Notes: generated by a model from the sequence alone, not told the origin. A DNA stretch of 64,000 nucleotides from Paraphysomonas bandaiensis (GCA_965644295.1 CBFFRP010000217.1:372001-436000); one strand, 5' to 3'. Numbered from the stretch's first letter, positions 1 to 13,890 are shown. Made by a program: numbers and translations.

Positions 1-959
1 GCTCAAACATATCGTGTCCTGGCACATTCTGCTACTACGATGAAGATTCGCATGAGCAGGTGACATCACAGACTAAATTATACCCTTGCAGTGATGTATT
101 CGCAATTACAGGTGTGCCAGCATGCATGCCAAGCTGGATATAACCATACTGATGACGACGTCTATCTGCCGGATATGAGGAAGGCAAGTCGCTTAAGTCT
201 GAGATAATTATATTGCATATACATTGTTAATGTATTCTCCTTATATTTTGTCGAATACTGCCACGTTTGTCAAACGATGTGTGATAACTGTTTTATCACA
301 GACACCATGCACCCGCGAAAACCCAGGAGAGAGTAACGGTATATGTGACGGCTTTGGTAATGCATATTGCGCTCCCCCCTTTATCACAGAGGACTGTAGT
401 ATAAAGGACTGTAAAAACAATTGCTCATTCAATGGCTACTGTTCAGTTGAATACCCTGTCAGTCGCTGTAATTGCAACCCGGTAAGGGAATAGCATGAAG
501 TTCTTATGCGAATAACACTTCGAACAGGGCTATATTGGAGAGTACTGTCAGGAGAAGATTTGTCTAAACAATTGTTCATATCCGAATGGATTATGTAACC
601 ACACAAGTGGTGAGTGTAATTGTCGAATGATGTATGACCCATACAACAACTCCAGGTATAATATTCGTTGCGATTTTGTGTCGTGCTCTTATATCGCTTA
701 CAGAGAGTATAAACCGTGGGGTGGGGAAGACTGTTCCTATTTATTTGCCTATGCGGCTGGTCCTAAGTCTCATTCCGTCAATGTATATCTGCTTGTGTTT
801 GTTGTTGCGTTCTCCGTCGTCGCTCAGTATTATGTGACGGAAGAGAGTGAAGGCAATATTCGGACTTGTTGTGATTATAACGACACAGCATATGTCCAGG
901 AAAGAAGTAGTAGCGCTATTCATATGAGAAGAAGAATACACTTGAGTTCTGATGATTAA
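1..959 (+). CDS. EGF-repeat (tenascin/teneurin-like) membrane protein, 3' part, multi-exon
   Basis: Spliced Cys-rich EGF repeats (CKNNCSFNGYC...CNCNPGYIGEYC, CLNNCSYPNGLC...WGGEDCS) followed by a hydrophobic TM (YLLVFVVAFSVVA); introns ~60-111, 184-301 (GC-AG) and two further short ones. Confidence 0.75.
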
Positions 960-1782
960 AGTTTAGGTTGTGATATAGGAGTTGATGAATGGTGCAAATT
1001 ATTTTCTGAGATAGTTCACATGTTGTGTTTGCTTCAACATTAATTCGTATAACTTTAGGACTATGTAAAGACCCATTATGACAGTATTGATGCATCTGTA
1101 TTTATATATGTTGCTGTCTGCACGTTCCGTTATCGCTTGGACGAATCCCAGTTACGTCGTTTAATTAACTGCCCTCATCATAACGTGAAGATTATCCTGC
1201 AAAAAATCCCTCTTAACCGAGACATACTTAGATTGCTCAAAACTATATTGTCTAGCAACACTGTTAGAATTGGACATTTCACTGAAGTTAACTTTGCTCT
1301 ACACGTAAACCTTAGCCTTGCTATGTTGAACACAGTGCACTTTCAAATAAGAAATTATAATTATTATTCTGAACACTTCACTACATATTCGTGTAACATC
1401 TGTTAAAACATCCGTCCTCAGCAACATCTGTTTATCGTATGTTCGTCAGTCAGTTCTATATCTTGTATAGGCACACACCAGTCACTGAATTTAATTCCTT
1501 TGTAACTATAATCACCCGTTACACCTATGAGTTGACTTCGCCTATTGCACACTATTAACTCACTTCAATTGCACAATATATATCACATCATATTGCAGAA
1601 CTCAACAAACACACAATTAATAATTTAAGCACCTATCTCATTATAATATTACATTTCCCAGCAAAATCTAGATTCTAATATTGATTGGGATGCTGCGATA
1701 GCATAATCTACAATAGCAGAGACATATTCTGCAATGATGAGACCACAAAGGTTTGTTACGCTGTGTATGAAAATAAACCATA

Positions 1783-1940
1783 CCTTTAACAAAAACTTGG
1801 ACTCGCATCTTTTTGTGGTGTTCTGGTGAATAAGTACGGAGATACTTCTCCGGGAAACTAACGTGAGCACAATCATGGACAGCAGATACCAGATACCATA
1901 GTATGTATCAATACTTGTACACAAGATCTTATTTATTTCA
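1783..1940 (+). mobile_element. Degenerate head of the modular non-autonomous retroelement family
   Basis: ggactcgcatc...ggagatacttctccgggaaactaacgtgagc matches 61522-61610. Confidence 0.6.
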
Positions 1941-2119
1941 ATATCCTGGTCTATATTTTACTTTTAATCATCACCTTCTCTTTTATCTGGAATTTATGCC
2001 ATTATCTTTCTGTAGAAGGTCTTTCAATGTTCACATATATGAAGTGTATTATATAAAGTTAGAATACCGGTAAGTGGTTCATGCAGTGTACACGTCTGAT
2101 AATGTGTTGCAATGTCCAT

Positions 2120-2424
2120 TGTTGGAATACGTATGGTTCTCTAAGATAGTACTGTAGAATACGTTGAATACAATGTGAAAAACAGTAATACGTAGTCAAT
2201 AGTCAAAGATGCTATATAGCTATAACTGTGAAAGTGAAGTATTATATCATGACGATTCAAGAGTTCACATGAACGAAATAATTTATCATGTTGTTGACAT
2301 GTGTTACATGACAACACACACAATTGTGTGCGTATACAATTATAATAACATAATCTATCTAGTTTGACAAACTTTAACTTCTCTCTAAACGATCTCATTG
2401 TCTGAAAATGGTCAGTAGTCAATA
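2120..2424. mobile_element. Solo LTR (Copia-like), copy 1
   Basis: Starts TGTTGG, ends TCAATA, 5-bp TSD TCCAT on both sides; similar to three other copies. Confidence 0.85.
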
Positions 2425-2912
2425 TCCATGAAATCTCAATAAATCCCATCACTTATTGTACACTGTATCTATGTACTCACCACTATTATCACAAGGAGCT
2501 CATCACAACAAGTTGATAACGCAGCGATATTCATCACAAGGAATTCAAATTCCTCGCTTTGAGTAAATTTCTTGTCCTCAGCATGAACTCAGCCAAAATA
2601 ATGGATCAATTTGTAATTTAATAACTAAAGTTAAATGACTTTTATATGCAATCGAATTACGTTATAATCATTTGTTATAAATGCAAAATCGGATATCACA
2701 AAGAATTACTTGACTTCTACTCATGAATATTGCACATTTACAGTGTTAATTAAAATATGTATTATTAGAATTTCGACGCTTGTATTGTAGTTAAATCGTG
2801 AAATGAAATCGTCTGGTATTAATCTAGTCGGTCTATTGTGTGATCAGCTCGCACGTAAATATATGATGAAAGGATTTTATCTATGCATTTTTGCACTATA
2901 CTCGATATACCA

Positions 2913-5232
2913 TCATAGTGGGAAGAGTGCTGGTGCAATGGTACAAGCAGTTAACCAAAATATCACGTCAGGTATGAAGCCAAATCGGACGAAGTCCATG
3001 AATTTATATCCTCCAGGTCCCCAAACCATAATGTGGGTCTGATAACCTATTGGTGACATAAACGCTGCCGTTGATGCAATTAGAACTACCATCGCAAAGG
3101 GTATCGGACTGACGTTCAACTCTCGAGCGACAGCAGTGCCAATAGGGTACATCAGTGCTGCCGCCGCGTTGTTGCTCATTGTTTCCGTCACCAGCAGCGT
3201 CATGACATAGACGATATATAAAGCGCCATCTGGAGAAGGGTTGGCAAGCCCGATAACTCCCGTAGCAAGCGTGGACGCCAAACCACTTGTTTCCATGGAT
3301 GCAGCAAACGATACTGAACATCCCATTAGCAGAAGCAATCTCATGTTGACTAATTTCGGTATTTCAGATCCCTTGATCCACCCACCCACCAAGAAAAGAG
3401 AGGCAGTGCAGAGGGCAGCAGGACACATCTTGATCAGCCCAGCAGCTACCACGCAAATCATAATTAAAAATATAACCACAGGAACAAATCCATGTGCGGA
3501 CATTGGTGGAGGAACCGAACCCACTGTTGATGCAACAAAAAAGTCGGAACTATTTTTCAGAGCTGGAATATCCGATAACTTGGCAAGACAGAGCACCATA
3601 TCTCCAGATGCGAGAATCATTGTCCGTGTGTCATAGTCTGTAGATGGAAGCACACTACCTGATTCACTACCCGTCTCTATGTCCTCTGCACCATCCCTAT
3701 GTGGGTCCTGTTCGTTCTGGCTCACCTTACGCGACCGCGTCGATATGATAGCCACTTTGTACTGCTCAGAGAATTCTCCACAGCAATTTCCCAAGGTACG
3801 TCCGATGTACGGGTTTTGATCTGACAAAACCACTTCAATTAGCTCCGACCCAAAGCCTGGAAGGTCCATCGCGGAGGAATCAAGAAGCTTCAGGCCCGTC
3901 CGCTCAGATCCAACTGTTTTGAGCACTTTCGTGACGACATCAACAGCTGATGCAATGAATATAACGTCATCCTGCTTGATGACGTCAAACCTGCTCGGGT
4001 TAATGATGTCTCTGTACTCTCTTATACAGACATCATCTTGTTGAGGATTGGATAACTCATGCTCCAGTGGCAGAGAGCCAGTGGTTAGTGCCATTCCCAT
4101 AACACCAATATCCCTACGAGTAGATACGTTAACAGGTCGGTAACCGTTAACACTGATATCATCCGCTGTCCCCCAAGCCCCACACGACTGCTCCACATAC
4201 TTTGGATCTGCAATGGATCGTCCCTTGGTCATTACTACGGAGAGCGAGTCAGAACGCGGACGGGGTACGGAACTCTCTCCCACTGACGACATCTCTACCA
4301 TCCCACTTCGCCTTTTTCTGTCCTTGTGTGAGCCTAGCTTGACCTCTTCCATGTCCACCTCATCAGCCCCGCACCTGCGTCGGATTTTGATGACACTATC
4401 CTGCTGCAGTCCTAAGCGTCCCACCTATGCACATAATGATATTGTCAGTGTCCATATCTATATTCTGTAATGATAGGTCTACCATAGTTCCCACATCTGT
4501 CCCAATGAAGGCTGAGCCAGCCATTACTTGTACCTCCGCAATAAACATATCAGCTCTATCTCTAACCTCTCTTATCAAGCCACTCCGTGCTGGTAGAATC
4601 AAAGGAGCACAGAAAAGAATGTATGCTATCATGAGTACGGTTGCAGGAACAGCCACAGCTCCTGGGGCAAAAAAAGGAAAACTATATCCAATGTCCTCCT
4701 GCATTAGGCCCTGAACGATCAGGCTCGTAGAAGTTCCAATCATTGTACACAAGCCGCCCGATATTACACTATATGAAAGTGGAATTAGCAAATGTGACAA
4801 AGGAATGCCGCGAGACCGAGCCCAGTCCCTAACGATAGGTATCATAAGGTTACAAAGGGGGATATTATTAAAGACAGCAGATAGAGCTGACATCGAAACA
4901 AGCATTCGACCCGTTCCAACTACATCCGATGAACGTATCCCGAATGCCTGTCTAGCCAGATAGTCCATAATATGAGACTTCTGAACCGCTCCAATCACAA
5001 GAAACAGTGATCCGATAGTGATTAAACTCTCATTAGCAAACCCCGCTAACACCTCCTGTAGAGTGAGTATCTCTGTCATCATAATAATCGTCAATGCAAC
5101 CATGAATACAACATCAGGAGGCTTCTCCATAAACATTGCCACAAATATTCCCACTGTAACGACTCCAACAATCAACTGAGACCCTGTGTTAGGCATGCCT
5201 ACTGTTGGTCCCTCTGGGGAGTATGTTGACAT
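2913..5232 (-). CDS. SLC13/DASS-family (SLT-like) anion symporter with TrkA-C-like loops
   Basis: Motifs GGLCTMIGTSTSLIVQG, TETMSNNAAAALMYPI, FMSPIGYQTHIMVWGPGGYKFMDF; GT-AG intron 4425-4482 joins the two ORFs in frame. Confidence 0.9.
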
Positions 5233-5409
5233 GACTGGAGGGGGTGTGGAAGGGTTATACCTGATATATATGGAGTTGATACTGTGTGTTTATATGATTC
5301 TGACAGATGCCTGTATATATATGCTCATGTACTATACATACACCATACAGATGCACGGCAGTATGGACAGATGTGTACTGTGCTGTACTCTACAGTACAA
5401 TACTATGGA

Positions 5410-7108
5410 CAGCGCATTCTCGATATATCGCGGAAAGTGTCCTGGAGAGGAAATCGCGATATATCGCAATATCGCGATATACAATTTAATAGTAAAATAC
5501 AGCACTGTATTCCGCAAAGTCATAGAGAACAAGTTTAAGGAGCTTAAGACTGTGCAATATATCCACCATGTCGTGTCTGTATAGCATAGTACTCCTTTTA
5601 CTGAATGGCACATGCAAAGAATTTGTGAAGTAAGTTACTAATATATCATTATTTATGGAATTTATGGTATTCAATTTCTTAACACACTTACTACATTCCT
5701 AGCTAACAATAAGATAAAATTATTAAATTTCATGGACTTCAGAACCTTTAGTACGTGCTGAAAAAAACTGATGCAGAGAAGTTTGTACCTTAGAATGATT
5801 CTTGTGCCTTTCTGTATGAATATTATTCTGCACTTTTCTGAGGAGCTCAATATGCGCTGTTGAATGCCCCTCCTGGGTAGCATAATCGAGTAGCATTAAA
5901 ACAGCATTGTCGGCTTGCACAGCAGTAATAGCACTATCATTTCCATTGGTGTTAATACAATCATCCTCGTCATCGTCATCGCCTTCGTCCTCTAAAGACA
6001 TTGACTGCTGAAGTGCAGTGATACTGCTCTTATTTGTTCTTCATTATGTCTCATTATAATAAAGAATTGATCTTTATAATAGTAAAACAATGTTGTGATT
6101 ATTAGAGTGTTAGTAATGAACACGATAGAGTGAAAATTATGAATAACAATATAGAACATAGCAATATTCAACCTATGTTGTACAGATGGTATGTACAAAC
6201 TTAAGCATATACAATAGAGAGCTCATACAGCATAAAATAACCTGATAGCTGGTTCTTACACGCATTAAGGTTTCCGTAAATTGAATTATTAGTACTTGTC
6301 TTATAATGTCACTTGATAATGAAACCCTACTGCTTAACCAATTAAAAGTTTTCTCATACTCATCCTCTGTATCAAAGTTTGACATTATACGAGAAGTATT
6401 AACTTAACAACAGAAGGTAAACTTATACTCAATGCTTCAATTCAGCTTTCAATTACCTGCACTTCGATGTTCACTCCAAAGTCATACTACGCATTCGTTT
6501 GAGGTAAATATCCCCCAGTGCATTTTCCTTAGTGTACTCTTCAGTGCCAAACATGTCTCCGCCTTTTTCGGCTTTTGCCCAAGTTTCAATCAGGTGTCCA
6601 AGTGTTGATATTTGTGAACTCCATGCATTCTCAGGGAATGACTCCAGAATGGTCTCATGAGCCTCCTGTTATTGAGGGTATGTAACGAAGAAATTTCTCA
6701 ATAACAGGTATTCGAAGTTCTTGCAGCACGCGACATTGAATATCATGAGACATATATATATCCTTCTTATGAGCAGACGTCCTTCGATGAGAGAAAAAGA
6801 CTCTTGCGCATCATTACATTTCATCCTCAGGTAAGGATTCCAAATTTTACCCCCCCACTCTCTCTCCAGGGTAAGCATTTTGGTAAGCATTTTCAAAAAC
6901 TTACCCCGAAAATGCTTACCAGGGTAAACAGAAATTGATTTTCGGCGTATTTTGGTAAGGAATGCTTACCAAAAAAATGCTTACCCTTGTAACAGAAAAT
7001 GGCCTCAGTTTTCCATTAGAATTATGTGTGATGAAGTGTCCTGGACCAAAATCCGCGATATAAAAGGGTATCGCGATATACATACCGCGATATATCGAGA
7101 ATGCGCTG
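5410..7108 (-). mobile_element. Rearranged non-autonomous copy of the pogo element
   Basis: Same 23-bp TIR at both ends; 5410-6024 matches 19826-20437 and 7005-7108 matches the left end of 18022-20437; the interior is unrelated sequence. Confidence 0.9.
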
Positions 7109-7310
7109 TACACACACACATACAGACATACATACATACATACATACATCATATGATACTTCTCACACCATACATAACAAACCAATCAGATCAAGATTTC
7201 ACATATGGTGGAAACCAATTAGCCAATAAAATAAGCGGAATACAGAATACTGCCATATTATTAGTTCCATGTAGGTGGGCATTTCTGTACCGTTGGACAT
7301 CTCAGTGACA

Positions 7311-7341
7311 GTCAAGGGGACTCAAGGGGACTCAAGGGGAC
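7311..7341. repeat. 10-bp tandem repeat (tcaaggggac)x3
   Basis: Read directly. Confidence 0.8.
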
Positions 7342-7525
7342 GGAGATAGCTGTGCTTAAATGAGCTATCACTCGAAGTATAGTTCTTAGATAAGATTATT
7401 TTACTTTAGCTTAAAATATTTGCAGAGCTTAAAATATGTGAAGCCTATTCACTTGTTGCTCAGTACTTGACAATGCCTTATATATCATGAGGCTTAACTT
7501 TAGAGTCAGTAATGATTACTATTAA

Positions 7526-7906
7526 CCCTTAGTTATAAGGAATAATAGTGGCTACGAGCCACAAGCAATATGCCTAGAGATAGCCGCATCGTAGTTTAAT
7601 ATTCCTAATGAGACAACCAATGATTCAAGGAACCTTCTAACAAACTTGAGATCAATTTGGATGTACTCTGTCATGTCATCTCTAGTTTACATAGCAAATA
7701 TAAGAAACCTAATCAATACTATTTCTTATTGTCTACTCCTAAATACTTCATTTTACTGGATTCTTTGTAAAATATATTAAGAAAGCGCCAACTTCGAAGA
7801 AAAAATGTACATGAAACTGCTAGCTCTTTTTATGTAGCCTTCCATTATACCATCCTCTAGTTTTGGATACATCATTCCTTAGAATTACTAACGCGCTAGC
7901 TATGGG
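7526..7906. mobile_element. Possible piggyBac-type MITE
   Basis: TTAA|CCCTTAGTTA ... TAGCTATGGG|TTAA; short imperfect TIR only. Confidence 0.3.
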
Positions 7907-8438
7907 TTAACAGGTCTTAGGCTTCATTTTACTATGACATACAGGAAAATTCAATCTTGAACTCAATATGATATGTATATCCAGGGTTTCTTGCATAGCT
8001 GAAAGCAGTCCATGTTGTTTTACGGACAAGGTAATTTACAATTGACAGTAGTTCAGTGTTTACCATCTATAGTTTCTGCTATCACTTCAGCACGTGACAC
8101 TTTATCAACCGTTGGTGTCATTGATGGAAAAGAATATATGCTACAAATAGAAAATAGATTCACTTTGCTTGTTTTTGCACGGTGCGTGTAAAACTTTACT
8201 TTGTTCATGTATGCTGATTCCCATGTCCTTCCTGATTTAAGAAGTAATAATTAAACTGTGCGTGGAAGAGTATATTGTTTCAGATGATAATTGCAACTGG
8301 ACAAATTATTAATCCTTGTGATGTAGTAGACGTGAAATTAACCGTAACTAACAAATGACTTTACGTTATGCTACTACTACGAAAAGCTCTTACGGAAGAC
8401 ATACATTTCTAAAGTAATTCTACAATAATCATAAGTAT

Positions 8439-9470
8439 CTAAGTGATTATCAATTTACGAGGTTGAGAGTTGTACGTCCCCGCATGTTTGTAGTACAGAG
8501 ACTCAACCGCTTTGATGTAGACCTCCATGGCCTTGTCAACAGATTCTTCCGAAGGTTCCTCACCATGAGTGTGTGGAAGATGCACGGCCTCTCCAAACAC
8601 AGTTACGACCGTACTGACTCCCCGTGGTATGATATTATAGAGTATCGGGACAATAATCCCAGTGACGTCATGGAACAGTGTTCTGAAAGCAGCTAGTAAG
8701 GGGTATTTCAAAGATGTCAAATAATGTAGTTGTTGATGGTGGTCAACCTCGTTGAAAGAGAATGCAGGAACAACAGGAATTCCATACTTCATGCCCAGTT
8801 TAAGAAACCCTCTCTTTCGTCGCAAGTCTAGAAAGTCTTCATCGGGATTGGCATAGAGTCCTTCCCGTGCACCGCCTGGGAACACCGCAACGGTGTACCC
8901 TTTGGATAACCATTTCTCCACAGACCATTTATTGCAGTCAACCACTCCGCCGGCCAACAGTAGGTCCCGGAAAAAGGGAACCCAAAAGCAATACGAGGCA
9001 GCAATTATTACACGATGTTTGAGGGCAGGAAAGATAGATTCAAAGCCACTGGCCTCAGTTCCAACATTTATGACAGAGCCCCATGGCAATACTCCATGAT
9101 GGTGGATTCCGATTATGCATTGACTATTAAGCTCAGCTGTTTTCACTACTTTGCAGGGGAAAAAAGACTTCATCCACTTGCCAATCCATGATCGACGCAT
9201 CGTGTCGGAAATGCGACTGCCAGAAAATTCGGACAGGTCCAGTAACCATGGCAAATAGAGAAGTAGAACTAGCGAAACGTGAAATGAGAAGTCATACACC
9301 AATACCCACCATGTTAAGAAGTGTATAAAGCGTACAGTGACGAGGAAAGGTGTAGACTGGTAAAACGGAGACTGTTGTTTTCCTCTAAGAAGGCCACTCA
9401 GTGCTAAATACGAGATCCATACAGTAAAGAAAGGGACATATACCCATTGCCAAAAGTTAAAGTCTTTCAT
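8439..9470 (-). CDS. DGAT2/MGAT-family acyltransferase
   Basis: FFP motif, HHHG (normally HPHG), VFPGGARE, RKRGFLKLG, VPAFSFNE. Confidence 0.9.
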   Translation of the reverse strand: MKDFNFWQWVYVPFFTVWISYLALSGLLRGKQQSPFYQSTPFLVTVRFIHFLTWWVLVYDFSFHVSLVLLLYLPWLLDLSEFSGSRISDTMRRSWIGKWMKSFFPCKVVKTAELNSQCIIGIHHHGVLPWGSVINVGTEASGFESIFPALKHRVIIAASYCFWVPFFRDLLLAGGVVDCNKWSVEKWLSKGYTVAVFPGGAREGLYANPDEDFLDLRRKRGFLKLGMKYGIPVVPAFSFNEVDHHQQLHYLTSLKYPLLAAFRTLFHDVTGIIVPILYNIIPRGVSTVVTVFGEAVHLPHTHGEEPSEESVDKAMEVYIKAVESLYYKHAGTYNSQPRKLIIT

Positions 9471-9854
9471 GTCGACAATCAACTTAAAAGTGTGATTGAT
9501 ATCAATAAACACGCTCGATACTATCACTCTACGCCACTACACCACAAGTAGAACACCAATGAGTCAGATAGCAACACACACGACACCACTAACTACACTG
9601 CATTCAATACCAATAACACGAAGACATAAATATAATAGAGATGCAGCTGATAGGGATACTATTGCCACAATTTACGGATATATCAGTGTGGTTTACTTTA
9701 ATACCGCGGTATCTGCCTGTCACTCTACTGCCTCTATATACACACACACACTCACCGTCCATTCCCCTGCAGAAAGCGTACTTCTAGACTTTGCTTTATA
9801 TGTGTGGTATCTACGTACGTATGTACAGCTGTAGATCGTAGGAGTGTACAGCAG

Positions 9855-9951
9855 TAGGTATGTATGTAGGTAGGTAGGTAGGTAGGTACACTCAGGTAGG
9901 TAGGTAGGTAGGTACAGCACATATATGTACAGCTGTAGGCAGGTGTGTATC

Positions 9952-9984
<33 letters not shown>

Positions 9985-10198
9985 TGTATGTATGTATGTA
10001 TGTATGTATGTATGTATGTATGTATGTATGTATGTATGTATGTATGTATGTATGTATGTATGTATGTATGTATGTATGTATGTATGTATGTATGTATGTA
10101 TGTATGTATGTATGTATGTATGTATGTATGTATGTATGTATGTATGTATGTATGTATGTATGTATGTATGTATGTATGTATGTATGTATGTATGTATG
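9855..10198. repeat. (TAGG)n/(TATG)n microsatellite in a divergent promoter
   Basis: About 60 TATG units at 9955-10198. Confidence 0.95.
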
Positions 10199-10399
10199 AC
10201 TGGGTGCATCATGATTTGTCAGTGGAGTTTGGCTATAGTTGCTGGGAGCTGAAACTGAGGGTGAGCATCTACCCTTCTCATCACTCACTTCACTCAATCT
10301 TACTTGTCATACAAGTGTCTTCTTCAGGTATAGTCAGGTGGTCATATGGGTCGGGTGTTGTAGGGCTCTTCTACACAGAGAATCAAACAACTCACACAA

Positions 10400-13300
10400 A
10401 TGTTTTGTGATAATATCTTAGAGGTGTATCCTGTGGGGTTACACTTCTTCAATAACAATCATGTGGGAATTATCAGACTCATATTAGGACTCTTTTACAT
10501 TCTTATGACTGGCGTTATGGTGTTTTGGATACACTTGCAGGAGTTTAATGCTCGTCATGGAGACAGCCAGGCAGTTAAATCAGTTATTTTTCCTGTCTTT
10601 ACTAAAATGATGTGGCTATCTGCTCTATCCAGTCTAATAGTGGCCTTGTTGATGTTTTATGTTCCAGTGGAACTCACTGATGGGAATGAAAGCCATGCCC
10701 GATGGATGTATCCGTTTGCATTTACTTTACAACATGCAGTAATGGAAGGGGTTGCTTTTCTCCTCATGCAAAAGGGATGCGGAAAGTATGCAGCACGGAG
10801 GGCTGGTCGGTGGACAGCACTATGGTGCTTAATTACTTTGGTCGCTAATACACTGGGATATACTCGAGATGTAGAATTGGCAATAGTGGCACAGTTGATT
10901 TGGGACTCTTCAATGCTTGTCTTTTATTTTTTTCTGTGGGTATTGCCAGAAGACAAATTATTCCGACGACCAGCTGCAATACCGTATGCTAAATTTTGGT
11001 TCTTCTTTCGCGTGATGGAATTAACACTATACTCCATGGCACAGTCCCCAATATTTACAGTTTCACAGGTGGGGAAGTGTGGGTACGTGTTTGGTCCACT
11101 TTTGATCTTCACGCTTTTTCAACCTTTTGTCATGTATGTGACTCTACTGGCGGACAGCAGGTATACAACTGTACAGGATGTTTATATGTTGCTAGGGACG
11201 TATATAGATTTGTTGTACAGCTTATACCATGTATGTGTGCTAGGTGGTGGCAAGGTATTGAAATGGCCACGGATGAGCGGTTTTCGATTCACTCTCCCTT
11301 GGGTGGACTGGACATCTCCCTCTCCTCAGCCCAGGCGCTTGCTGTTACAATGGACACCATGCTTGAAAACCGCTCTGCCCGTCTTCTTAATTTTGCGCAC
11401 ATTAGTATCAACAAAAGTCAGTTGCTGGGTCAAGGATCTTTCTCTCGTGTCTACAGGTGGACATACATAAAGCCTGTTCGCATCATCTTGTACTTATTGA
11501 GAATGCGATATATTCGTGCAGGGGCACATACAAAACACAACAATGTGCCATAAAGCTGATATACACAATGGATTTAACAGAGTCAGTTATGCAAAGAGTG
11601 GCAGCCGAGGCAACGATTCTGAGCTCCATGAAGGTACTGTTGAAATCTTATCGCTGTTTTGCACCAGATTTTTGTATATATTATTTCATTTTTTTCTTAA
11701 GAAAGTTACACATTTAGTGCTAATAGTGAATTGTGTTTGATCTCTTTATGTAGCATCCGAATATTGTACATATCTATGGGGTATCGGTGCTCCCTCCAAG
11801 GTATCTCCTTTACGTGTCTTGATATATGCGTTGTATATGTTTGTCTGATTCAATGCAGCGTATGTATCTTGCTTGAGCTGTGCGCATATGGGTCTTTGTC
11901 AGACATTCTTCGTGGGGAGTCTGGTATGGATATCCTTTATATTTTTTCTCCTTTTACCAATGCACGTGTTTGTATCTGTTCTTTGCATTAGGAGGCGCGC
12001 ACAAGAAAAAGCCACTTTTTTTGACCGAGATGGATAGAGTGTTCCTCGCCCTTGGGTGCGCCAAGTAAGTCGTCTGTAATGTTTTTGCTTATAGTGTGAC
12101 AAGGATTAATATAAATATATTCAGAGGGGTTGCCGCTCTACACAGTCTTGGCAGCCAAGTGGTACACAGAGATATTAAGTCCCTCAACTTTCTAGGTGAT
12201 TTTTATCCCGCAGTATAAACAATGTTGTATTCCTACGTTCGCGGTGCTGTATACAAGTGATGTAAAATGTAATGTAATACTTACTGAGTTCATTTTACTG
12301 TAGTGGACAAACAGCTGAATGTTAAATTAGCCGATCTTGAACTGGGAGTGGAGGAAGATTGTGCCGCAAGAACTGTAAGCATTGATGGAGCACTACTGGA
12401 AAATTGGGCAGCACCTGAGGTTCACTATGCGTGTCCATGCATGTTTTAGTAGCTGCATATTTTGTTTTTTAGTCGCTAAGTGGTTGTTGTTTACCAGTTA
12501 CTCATGGGAGAAGTCTATTCGCAAAAGTGTGATATTTATTCTCTCACTCTTGTACTTTGGGAGATTTTTAGCAATTTGGTTCCTTTTGCTGACCAGCAAA
12601 AGACAATAAAGAGTGTGGTATGTTGTCTCTGCGAAGAATAGCGAGGTGATCTCAACCACGCGCTTATTTCTGGTAGGTGCTGCGTGGAGGCCGCCCCGAT
12701 GTACCGAAATGTCCACCTGCGTACCACCAAATGCTAGAGTTAGGATGGGCAGCGGACCCATCAGTCCGACCCAGCGCTGCAGGTTCGATATTGTCTGCAT
12801 TGTTTCATGTGTTAACTGGTGTATTTATATTATTGTGTGCACGCTCTACAGATATGGTAGAAATGCTGGACCGTATATTGGCGGGATGCTGCAATGGCCT
12901 TCTGGTGCAGCTTGAGGTATGGCATTTGATTTTACGTGCTTCGCATCTGCAAGTGTTTCATAACTTTATTATACGTAGGCCACATCTAATATACCAGGAT
13001 TTATTGACGCATTCTTCGTCTCCGATTGCGGCTCGGAATTCTGCGAGCGAATTCTCACGAATCGTTTGAATTTGTGGAACAAGAAGAGCTTCAGCGACAG
13101 TCAGCCGTGTCTATATGGGGAAAGAGGCACCAATGGGGTTACTGATTCCACGAATCCTTTGAATAACGTCGAAATTAGAGGAAATGATAGCACGGGTAGC
13201 AGAAACAGCTGTGAAGCCCTTGCAAAGGCTGAGAGACTGTCTACTGAATTGTCGTATCTGTTCAATAAAATTGAGGAAGATGTCGTGTGGCGACAGGTGG

Positions 13301-13890
13301 ATGAACTATCAGATCCAGTAATAATTTTGACTGGTAGGGCTCCACATATAATTGTAAAGGCATCTATGGCCTGGCTATCACTCCTTGGTACGACAGCCTC
13401 TCAAGTGTTCGGACATTGTCTTGAAGACTTTGTAATGAATGAAGTGGAAAATGCGGAAGATAATGACGAAATAGTATCATCTCTACAATGTTTTTACGAC
13501 ACCCTTAGATCATTGGTCGTAGCACATTGCATCCTCCCTTTACGCACGCGGCAACGAAAGATCTTGTTCTCTCTACACGCACACCCCATATACCGAAGAG
13601 CAGACACCAGCACCCTCCCAGAACATCAACGGCCGCGTTACCATTTGCAAACTACTCATTCGACTACTGATGATAGCAAGGAAAGCTCTCCGGTGGCGTT
13701 CTTCGCTGTGTACATGAACAACTTTATGCGAAATACTGATGGGAGTAAGGCGTTCGACAACGGCCCACTTTCCCCTCTTCCGAGCTCGGACACTGTCTTC
13801 TCTATCAATCGAGAGTCATCTAGTTTCTACACAACGCACACTACCCCTACAGGCACTGTCCTGAACCCTGGACCCGAGGATGACCTATAA
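10400..13890 (+). CDS. 7TM (GPCR-like)-TKL protein kinase fusion with C-terminal PAS-like domain, multi-exon
   Basis: About 7 hydrophobic helices; kinase motifs GQGSFSRVY, AIK, HRDIKSLNFL, KLADLE, WAAPE, SDIYSL, RPSA on successive exons; PAS-like signature in the last exon. Confidence 0.85.

Noticed and set aside
9892-10410. ORFs of MYVC/HTYI repeats (also 17828-18154 and 20234-21163)
   Set aside because: Artefacts of the stop-free (TATG)n microsatellite
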